Shown piece after piece: positions 1 to 7,290 of a stretch of DNA of 35,764 bases. The stretch's first letter is position 1. Each line of letters opens with the position of its first letter. The position numbers and the translations under genes were made by a program. The stretch is from Candidatus Eiseniibacteriota bacterium (GTDB taxonomy: Bacteria > Eisenbacteria > RBG-16-71-46), in NCBI GenBank assembly GCA_031364845.1, contig JANLWX010000143.1, positions 1 through 35,764 on the forward strand. Reading direction: 5' to 3'. Under the pieces are notes generated by a model. The model ran no database searches. It worked only from the letters and a program-made list of their open reading frames with translations, and was not told the origin of the DNA.

Positions 1-2
1 TC

Positions 3-461
3 GCGCAGGCATTCGTGACCCGAAGGCTCATCCCGCTGGTCGGCGAACGTCGCGCGATTCTGCTGGGACTCTCGATCGGGTTCGTCGGATTTCTCGGCAA
101 TGCGCTCGTGCCTCAGGGCTGGATGGTGTACCTGATCCTGAGCGTGTCGGCACTGCAGGGGCTGGTGTTCCCCTCGATGAATTCGACGCTGTCGCGCGCC
201 GTCAGCGGCAGCGAACAGGGAGAGTTGCAGGGCGCGGTCGCGAGCCTCCAGAGCGTGGCCGCAATCATCGGACCGCCGATGCTGACGCAGGCACTCGCGC
301 GCTTCACGCGTGAAGGTGCCGCGGTGCACTTCCCGGGCGCCGCATTCGCGATGGCGGCCGCGTTCACGCTCGGCGCGATCGCGATCGTGACGGTGTTCGC
401 GAAGCGGGTGTTCCGGCCGGTGGCGGTGAGCAGTGCGGCGCCGTCGGCCGGGGGCACCTAG
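3..461 (+). CDS. MFS transporter, TCR/Tet-like, 5'-partial (C-terminal half)
   Basis: Frame is open from position 3. Several hydrophobic helices; 'EQGELQGAVASLQSVAAIIGP' and 'HFPGAAF' are typical of TetA-like MFS C-termini. Confidence 0.85.
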   Translation, partial: AQAFVTRRLIPLVGERRAILLGLSIGFVGFLGNALVPQGWMVYLILSVSALQGLVFPSMNSTLSRAVSGSEQGELQGAVASLQSVAAIIGPPMLTQALARFTREGAAVHFPGAAFAMAAAFTLGAIAIVTVFAKRVFRPVAVSSAAPSAGGT

Positions 462-1238
462 TTATTGCCTCGGATAGGACTTCTCCCAACGTGCGCGTTC
501 CTTCGGAGACCGCCACATCACCGAGATCGTCGCGGGAGATCCGTCGTCCGAGCCCGGTTCGAATTCACGGAACGACCAGCGAAGGACATTGCCCTTCACG
601 AGCGGCTCAGGCTTCGAATTCTCGATCCATTTTGGCGAGATCCCATCGAGCTTGACCGTGATCTCTGCCGACCCGATCGAGCCGGCCCAACTCGCCCCCG
701 TCTCAAGAATGTATTCGAACCAATAATATCCATCGGCTGAAGATCCCGGTACGGCGAGGTAGTGATCACGAATGATCCGCGTCTGCCCGGCCTCAAAGGG
801 TACGGACTTGGTCCACCAATAGTCCCAAACGGGATTGCCATCGCCTCGATCGACATCCGACAGCGTGTCGCACTCAACCTCGACGCCATCGACCCAACTG
901 CGAAACGTCTCCATCGGCGCGACGCGGCCATCGGGTGATGACGAGCGGTCAGGAAAGCCGATCAGAACCGTATCCGCGGGTCCAAGGTTCTTCATGGTGA
1001 ACACGCAATCCACCTCGACTCGCTGCTGAGAGACCGTTGCACGCACGGTTTCGGCGACCATACGGATGTGCCCCTGATCCTTCATCAGACGGGCGGCGCC
1101 TCCGACGTTCTCAATGCCGCCGTCGTCCGCCCGGACTGGGAGCGCGAACGCCGCTCCGCAAATCGCCGTGACGATGATGCAGATCAGCCAGACGTCTGGA
1201 GCATTGGCATTCAAGTCTGTTGGCGAGGGCCGGCTCAT
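462..1238 (-). CDS. DUF4424-family exported protein
   Basis: ATG at 1238 with GAGGAG upstream. Hydrophobic signal ending VRA-DD; motifs 'IRMVAETV', 'IGFP', 'FRSWVDG', 'YILETGASWAGSIG'. Confidence 0.7.
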   Translation of the reverse strand: MSRPSPTDLNANAPDVWLICIIVTAICGAAFALPVRADDGGIENVGGAARLMKDQGHIRMVAETVRATVSQQRVEVDCVFTMKNLGPADTVLIGFPDRSSSPDGRVAPMETFRSWVDGVEVECDTLSDVDRGDGNPVWDYWWTKSVPFEAGQTRIIRDHYLAVPGSSADGYYWFEYILETGASWAGSIGSAEITVKLDGISPKWIENSKPEPLVKGNVLRWSFREFEPGSDDGSPATISVMWRSPKERARWEKSYPRQ

Positions 1239-1303
1239 CGAGTTCTCCTCCCCTGCGGCACATGCTGCACTCTGAACAGCGGTGCTGACCTGGCGAGCAC
1301 GCT

Positions 1304-2305
1304 TCAGCCCGTCGCCGGTCCGCCCCATTCGAGCCACGTTCCCAAGCCGCGTTCGGTCACGCGCTTCAGGATGAAGTCCGCCGCGGCGAGATCTTCGATC
1401 GCGATTCCGAGCGATTCGTAGACCGTGATGTCGTCGGGCGCGAGTCGGCCTTCGAGGCGCCCGCCGAACACTTCACCGATCTCGCCGAGCAGGTGCGTCT
1501 CGGAGATCGCACCTTCGGCGCGCGCGATCAGGAAGTCGCCGGACTCGTTCACGCAGGATTCCCGGCAGTCGGTGAAGAAGCGTGAGCGCGCAACCGCGGA
1601 GGTGTCCAGTTCGCGGCTAGCGGCGAAACACGCTCCAGCTGCGTTCACGTGGGCGCCCGGCGAGATCCAGCGTCCCTCGAGCACGGGCTGGTGAGACGAC
1701 GTGGTCGTGCAGATGAGATCGGCACCGTGCACCGCCGCTTCGGGATCGGCGCTGACTTCGATCGGGAAACCCAGCGCCTCCGATTCGCGCCGCGCAAAGC
1801 GCTCGGCGTTTTCAGCCGTGCGGCTCCACACGCGCACGCGGCGAACACGACGCACGGCGCGCATCGCGGCGAGGTGCGTGCGCGCCTGAGTGCCCGATCC
1901 GATCAGCGCGAGATCTCCCGCGTCGTCGCGCGCGAGCACCTCGGTCGCGGCACCGGAGGCCGCGGCGGTGCGAACCGCCGTGATCGCTGTGGCATCGAGG
2001 ATCGCGAGCGGCTCGCCGTGCGTGAGCCCGAACAGCATCACCACTCCCTGATGCGAATCGAATTCGGTTCCGTGATTGCCGGGCATCACGGACACGACCT
2101 TGAGCCCGAAGCTGCGCGGCGCGCCGAGATAGCCCGGCATCAGCCCCAGCAATCCCGAGCCGTCGGGCAGCCGCAGCATGCTGCGCAGCGGCAGCACCGA
2201 ATCGCCGCTCGAAAACGTGGTCAGCGCGGCGCGCATGACGGGCACGCACTCGGCGACCGTGAGCAACTCGTGCACTTGCGCCTCGTTCACGAACAGCACC
2301 TTCAC
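1304..2305 (-). CDS. Ornithine cyclodeaminase / mu-crystallin family protein
   Basis: 'GLKVVSV', 'ITAVRTAAAS', Rossmann 'IGSGTQA', 'ESLGIAIEDLAAA'. Its GTG start overlaps the stop of the upstream dehydratase (GTGA). Confidence 0.92.
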   Translation of the reverse strand: MKVLFVNEAQVHELLTVAECVPVMRAALTTFSSGDSVLPLRSMLRLPDGSGLLGLMPGYLGAPRSFGLKVVSVMPGNHGTEFDSHQGVVMLFGLTHGEPLAILDATAITAVRTAAASGAATEVLARDDAGDLALIGSGTQARTHLAAMRAVRRVRRVRVWSRTAENAERFARRESEALGFPIEVSADPEAAVHGADLICTTTSSHQPVLEGRWISPGAHVNAAGACFAASRELDTSAVARSRFFTDCRESCVNESGDFLIARAEGAISETHLLGEIGEVFGGRLEGRLAPDDITVYESLGIAIEDLAAADFILKRVTERGLGTWLEWGGPATG

Positions 2306-3279
2306 GCCCGCACCTCCAATGGCGCTGCGAACAACTCCATCATCCGTTCCGGGTCCACGTTGCCGCCGCTCACGATGCTCACAACGTTGGCGCCGCGGGC
2401 GGCGCTGACCTTCCCCGCGATGAGCGCCGCCGTCGCCGCGGCACCCGCGCCTTCGGCGTAGAGCTTGGCGCGCGTCAGCAGTCCGCGCATCGCTTCCATG
2501 ATCTCCGCTTCGGTCACCATGACGATCGCATCAAGATGCGCGTTCGCGACGACGAGCGGCAACGCGCCGACGAACGGCGCCGTGAGCCCGTCGGCCAGCG
2601 TGCGCGGCCGCGGGACCGGCACCGGCTTGCCTTCCGCGATCGCCGGCATCATCCCCGGACCGTCCTCGAGTTCGACGCCGATCACGCGGCACATGGGCTT
2701 GAGCGCCTTGATCGCGCACGCGACGCCGCCCATCAGTCCGCCGCCGCCGATCGGGACGACCACGCACTCGACATCGGGAACCTGTGCGACGATCTCGAAC
2801 CCGACGGTTCCGGCGCCCGCGAGTCCGATGGGATCGTCGAACGGATGGACGAACGTTGCGCCGGTGCGCTCCTGTTCTTCGCGCAGCCGGTCGAACAGCG
2901 TTGCGCGATCGGGGTGCGCGATGATCGTCGCGCCGTAGCCGCGCGCGGCGTCGGACTTGGAGCGGGGCGCGTCCGCCGGCATCACGACCGTGCATGGCGC
3001 GCCGACGGTGCTCGCCGCCCACGCCACCGCTTGCGCGTGATTGCCCGCGGAGACCGTGACCAGACCGCGCGCGCGCTGCTCGGCGCTCAATGAGAGCACG
3101 ATGTTCAGCGCGCCGCGCGTCTTGAACGAGCCGGTCTTCTGGAGGTTCTCGCACTTGAGGAACAGGCGGGCAGTGCCGGCGCGCTCACCGAGACTTCGGG
3201 ACGAGAGGATGGGCGTCAGATCGAGATACGGCGCGATGCGCGCGGCGGCGGCACGGATGTTCTCGAGCGAGATCGGCAT
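2302..3279 (-). CDS. PLP-dependent threonine/serine dehydratase (serine racemase-like, no ACT domain)
   Basis: 'LKCENLQKTGSFKTRGA' (PLP lysine), 'SAGNHAQ', 'PIGGGGL', 'SGGNVD'. Start placed at 3279 because a -35/-10 pair sits directly upstream. Confidence 0.92.
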   Translation of the reverse strand: MPISLENIRAAAARIAPYLDLTPILSSRSLGERAGTARLFLKCENLQKTGSFKTRGALNIVLSLSAEQRARGLVTVSAGNHAQAVAWAASTVGAPCTVVMPADAPRSKSDAARGYGATIIAHPDRATLFDRLREEQERTGATFVHPFDDPIGLAGAGTVGFEIVAQVPDVECVVVPIGGGGLMGGVACAIKALKPMCRVIGVELEDGPGMMPAIAEGKPVPVPRPRTLADGLTAPFVGALPLVVANAHLDAIVMVTEAEIMEAMRGLLTRAKLYAEGAGAAATAALIAGKVSAARGANVVSIVSGGNVDPERMMELFAAPLEVRA

Positions 3280-3285
3280 GATGTC

Positions 3286-3314
3286 AGGCTGCATCGCCAG
3301 CAGGACGCGGTCAA
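3286..3314 (-). promoter_or_regulatory. Sigma70-like promoter, probably leaderless, for the dehydratase/cyclodeaminase operon
   Basis: TTGACC-N17-CAGCCT, then 6 nt, then ATG(3279). No SD upstream of that ATG. Confidence 0.55.
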
Positions 3315-3375
3315 GCGCGCGATGGTGCATGATCCGGCTTCGCCGTCACGACATGCCGTCCGCGGGAGGCTTCAC

Positions 3376-3993
3376 ATGGATGAACTGAACGAGCAATTCG
3401 GATCGATCGACATCTACCTCTTCGATCAGCTCCTGCGCCGGCGCCTCACGCCGGGCATGCGCGTGCTCGATGCGGGCTGCGGCGGCGGCCGCAACATTCA
3501 CTACCTGCTGCGGGCCGGCTTCGACGTTCACGCGGTCGACTCCGATCCTGCCGCGGTCGCAGCCGTACGCCGCCTCGCGCTCCGCCTCGCGCCAGCGTTG
3601 CCGCCGGAGAACTTCCGCGCGGAACCGGTCGAGACGATGACGTTCCCCGACGCACACGCGGATGCCGTGATCAGCATCGCCGTCCTCCATTTCGCGCGCG
3701 ATGATGCGCAGTTCGCGGCGATGCTCACGCGCATGTGGCGCGCTCTGCGCGACGGCGGGATCCTCTTTTGCCGTCTCGCGTCGAACATCGGGATGGAACA
3801 TCGGATGCGGCGGCTCGAGGGCGATCGATTCATGATGCCCGATGGTTCGGAGCGCTACCTCGTTTCGGAGGAGGCGGTGATCGAGTGGACTCTACGGCTC
3901 GGCGGTACGCTCATGGATCCGCTCAAGACGACGGTCGTTCAGGACCAACGCTGCATGACGACGTGGGTACTGCAGAAGACGCCGCCGCGCTGA
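3376..3993 (+). CDS. Class I SAM-dependent methyltransferase
   Basis: 'VLDAGCGGGRN' motif I, 'DAVISIAVLHF'. GGGAGG SD before ATG 3376. Confidence 0.88.
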   Translation: MDELNEQFGSIDIYLFDQLLRRRLTPGMRVLDAGCGGGRNIHYLLRAGFDVHAVDSDPAAVAAVRRLALRLAPALPPENFRAEPVETMTFPDAHADAVISIAVLHFARDDAQFAAMLTRMWRALRDGGILFCRLASNIGMEHRMRRLEGDRFMMPDGSERYLVSEEAVIEWTLRLGGTLMDPLKTTVVQDQRCMTTWVLQKTPPR

Positions 3994-4091
3994 ACAATTC
4001 GAGTTCCGAAGTCCGCCGTTCGCCCCGGAACACCGATGCGTATACTGCCCTTCGACCGTCGCAACGAAACGAACGCCGCACAGGAGGCAGC

Positions 4092-4907
4092 ATGTCGATC
4101 GAGAAGGACTACGTGCTCGGGACCCACGATGCCGAGATCGAGCGCCTCGGCCTGCAGCATCGCGTATGGCGTCCCCGCGCTTCTGATGCCTGGCGTCGCA
4201 GCGGATTCACGACCGGCAATACGCTGATCGATCTCGGATGCGGTCCCGGTTTCGCGGCACTCGATCTCGCGGAGATCGTCGGTGCCGGCGGCCGGGTTCT
4301 CGGCGTGGACCGCTCGCGGAGATTTCTCGATGTGCTCGAGAACACCGCCCGGCAGCGCGGCATCTCGCATCTCGAAACACTCGAGATGGATCTCGACGAA
4401 CGCGACCTGCCGGACGTTGCCGCCGACGGCATCTGGTCGCGCTGGGTCTACGCGTTCGTGCGCGATCCCCGTGCGCTGCTCGAGCGTGCTGCGCGCGCGT
4501 TGAAGCCCGGCGGAACGATGGTCATGCACGAGTACGTGGACTATCGGGCGTGGCGGCTCGCTCCGCGGCGCGAGGCATTCGAGGAGTTCGTCACCGAAGT
4601 GATCGCCTCGTGGCGCGCGAACGGCGGCGAGCCCGACATCGGACTCGATCTGCCGCGCTGGCTCGGAGAACTCGGCTTCGAGATCCGAACTCTGACGCCG
4701 ATCTCGGAGATCGCGCGGCCCAAGGACTACCTGTGGCAGTGGCCGCGCGCGTTCGTCGACACCGGGATCGCGCGGCTGGTCGAGCTGGGGCGCATCCCGG
4801 AATCGCGCGCAAACGAGATGACGCGCGCGTTCGATGAGACCGAAGCCGCACCGCACGCGTTCCAGGTGACGCCGACCGTGATCGAGATCATCGCGGTTCG
4901 GCGTTAG
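4092..4907 (+). CDS. Class I SAM-dependent methyltransferase
   Basis: AGGAGG SD before ATG 4092. 'YVLGTHDAEIERL', 'LIDLGCGPG', 'LKPGG'. Confidence 0.88.
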   Translation: MSIEKDYVLGTHDAEIERLGLQHRVWRPRASDAWRRSGFTTGNTLIDLGCGPGFAALDLAEIVGAGGRVLGVDRSRRFLDVLENTARQRGISHLETLEMDLDERDLPDVAADGIWSRWVYAFVRDPRALLERAARALKPGGTMVMHEYVDYRAWRLAPRREAFEEFVTEVIASWRANGGEPDIGLDLPRWLGELGFEIRTLTPISEIARPKDYLWQWPRAFVDTGIARLVELGRIPESRANEMTRAFDETEAAPHAFQVTPTVIEIIAVRR

Positions 4908-5358
4908 TCGCGGAACGATCGATCATCTCGAGGCGGACTTTCGTGACGCCTTTACGTACGAAGCCGAGCTTCTCGGCGGCCCGGCGCGACAGGTCGATGA
5001 TGCGATGGCGCTTGAACGGCCCGCGATCGGTGATGGTGACGACGACGCTGCGCTGATTGGAGAGGTTGGTCACGCGCACCTTCGACCCGAACGGCAGCGT
5101 GCGGTGCGCGGCGGTCATCTCGTTCTCGTCGTAGACCGTGCCGCTCGCGGTCCGGCGGCCATGGAAGCGGCGCGCGTAGTACGAAGCGCTCCCGACCGGA
5201 TGCGCCGGCAGGAATTGGGCCCGCTCGTCCTCCGCGGCAGCGCGGCGTGATCCATCGGCGGAAGCACTTCGCGTGTGGTCGCGCATCATCACGGCGCACC
5301 CGGTCTGGGTGAGCAGCAGGACGAGGCCGATGAAAAAGCAGGACCGATTCATGTCCAT
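4888..5358 (-). CDS. rlpA: Septal ring lytic transglycosylase RlpA family lipoprotein (DPBB only)
   Basis: 'GSASYYA..FHGRRTASG', 'TAAHRTLPFGS', 'ITDRGPF', 'IIDLSRRAA'; lipobox-like LTQTG-C. Start is 5358 or 5352. Overlaps the convergent gene by 20 nt. Confidence 0.88.
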   Translation of the reverse strand: MDMNRSCFFIGLVLLLTQTGCAVMMRDHTRSASADGSRRAAAEDERAQFLPAHPVGSASYYARRFHGRRTASGTVYDENEMTAAHRTLPFGSKVRVTNLSNQRSVVVTITDRGPFKRHRIIDLSRRAAEKLGFVRKGVTKVRLEMIDRSATNAEPR

Positions 5359-5451
5359 GTTTTCGGCACCCACCACAGCCGTGTGAAGGGCGTTCGCGGG
5401 TTGCGAACGAATGCTCGAACAACACTGCCCTGTTAACCCGTGGCCGCAAAA

Positions 5452-7023
5452 CTACCAGTCGGTCGGCTTGTAGTCCTTGAGGAAATATCCCCAGATGTGA
5501 TTGCCGCTGTTCGCGCCATCGATGATCGGATCCACGATGCGCGCCGCGCCGTCCACGATGTCGAGCGGCGGATGAAAACGATGCTCCGCCGTCTTGCGCG
5601 CGGCGATCTCCGCCGGATCCTCGTCGGTCACCCAGCCGGTGTCGATGCTGTTCATGTGGATGCCGTCATGATGGTAGTCGGCGGCCGAAGTGCGCGTCAT
5701 CATGTTGAGCGCCGCCTTCGCCATGTTGGTGTGCGGATGCCGCGTCGTCTTGGTCTTGCGATAGAACTGCCCCTCCATCGCCGAGACGTTGACGATGTGC
5801 TTGTCGCGTTCGGGCGAGCGCATCATCAGCGGCTTGAGCCGCGCGTTGAGCACGAACGGCGCCACCGCGTTCACGAGCTGCACTTCGAGCAACTCGACCG
5901 ACGACACTTCGGCGAGCAGCAGCCGCCACGAATTGCGTCCGCGCAGATCGATTTGCTGAAGGTCCTGATCGAGCCGGCCCTGCGGAAACAGATCGCGTTG
6001 CGCGACCTGTTCCTCCGGAAGCAGCCGCACCTGCGACAGCTCGGCGGCATGGGTGAGCCCCGCGACCTCGGCCAACCGCGGGCCGGGCGTGGTCGGGATC
6101 ATGCCCTCGACGTCGCCCTCGGGCAGCAGATGATAGCCGCGCAGACCTTCGTACGAGCCGAGCAGCCGGCGCACGCTCTCGGGCGCATCGTCGAGCGCCG
6201 AGGTCTCCCCCGCCATCATGTGCTCGTAGAACTCGGGCGGACGGCGCACGGTCTGACACGCGTTGTTGACGATGAAGTCGAGCCGCTCGCGCGTTGCGAG
6301 CAGTTCGCGGCAGAACGCTTCGACGCTCGGCGTGTGTCGCAGGTCGAGGCCGAAGATTTCGAGCCGGTCGCCCCACTCGGCGAAGTCGGGCTCGCGTGCA
6401 TAGCGCGCCGCCGAATCGCGCGGGAAGCGCGTCGTGACGATCAGATGCGCCCCGCAGCGCAGCAGCTTGAGCCCGGCCTGATAGCCGATCTTCACGCGAC
6501 CGCCGGTCAGCAGCGCGACCTTGCCTCGCAGGTCGGCAAGTTCGGTGCGCTTTCGGAAATTGAACGCGGCGCACTCGGGGCACATTTGATCGTAGAAGTG
6601 ATGGGCGATCGAGAAGTCCTGCTTGCACACGTAGCAGTGCCGCGGCTCGATCGTCTCGCGATGGTCGGGATCGTCGATCGTCTCCTGCGTGAATCCCTTC
6701 GGCGGAAACACGTTCGGCGTGTTGAACACCGGGAGCCGCCGCAGCTTGCGGATGCCGGTCTGGGACAACATCGCCTCTTCGCGCGTGACCTTCGACACCT
6801 TCCGCAACCGTATGCCCGCTTTGACCATACGGCGGCGCGCACGATTGTCGGGGCTGTACACCTGGCCGGCCGCGCGGATGAAGCGCCGGCGGTCTTCCTG
6901 CGGCAGCTTCACCAGCTCACCGCGGTCGGCGACGATCCGCTCGAGCAGCTCGGTGGCGGCGCGCACGCGCTCGATGAGCTCGGGGTCGTGGTGTTCCGGC
7001 GAGGTGTCCCTGGGGGTCGACAT
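5452..7023 (-). CDS. Atypical SDR-family oxidoreductase with N-terminal CxxC...CxxC zinc site
   Basis: 'LLTGGRVKIG', 'IVNNACQT', 'IVNVSAMEG', 'HPHTNMAKAALN'; 'CYVC' and 'CPEC' upstream of the Rossmann fold. Confidence 0.88.
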   Translation of the reverse strand: MSTPRDTSPEHHDPELIERVRAATELLERIVADRGELVKLPQEDRRRFIRAAGQVYSPDNRARRRMVKAGIRLRKVSKVTREEAMLSQTGIRKLRRLPVFNTPNVFPPKGFTQETIDDPDHRETIEPRHCYVCKQDFSIAHHFYDQMCPECAAFNFRKRTELADLRGKVALLTGGRVKIGYQAGLKLLRCGAHLIVTTRFPRDSAARYAREPDFAEWGDRLEIFGLDLRHTPSVEAFCRELLATRERLDFIVNNACQTVRRPPEFYEHMMAGETSALDDAPESVRRLLGSYEGLRGYHLLPEGDVEGMIPTTPGPRLAEVAGLTHAAELSQVRLLPEEQVAQRDLFPQGRLDQDLQQIDLRGRNSWRLLLAEVSSVELLEVQLVNAVAPFVLNARLKPLMMRSPERDKHIVNVSAMEGQFYRKTKTTRHPHTNMAKAALNMMTRTSAADYHHDGIHMNSIDTGWVTDEDPAEIAARKTAEHRFHPPLDIVDGAARIVDPIIDGANSGNHIWGYFLKDYKPTDW

Positions 7024-7290
7024 GGCATACAAGGTAGAGCAGCCGCAGGTTTTCCCCAACCCTGCCGGCGCTCGATCCGTCCAATCGACGAGCGCGGCAA
7101 ACGGATTGGCCGTGCGCGGCGCTGCGGTTCGCACGCCCTGAGGATTGTCGCTAGAGTCGCGGGGCGGAACACGAGTTTCCCGCGCGGGGCAGAAAATCGC
7201 GCGCCCTCGACGCGATCGCGCGGCCGCCTTCCCGTGAACCACGACCGAGACCCGCGCCCCCAACCTCGCACCACTTTCAGGATTGGAACG

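Noticed and set aside
5440..7290. 617-codon N-terminal extension making a 1561-aa ORF with the OM barrel
   Set aside because: It is mostly the antisense shadow of the SDR gene in high-GC DNA. A signal peptide begins at ATG 7291.
7158..7290. Riboswitch in the long GC-rich leader of the receptor gene
   Set aside because: No cobalamin, TPP or other aptamer consensus recognised. An Rfam/Infernal scan would be needed to exclude it fully.
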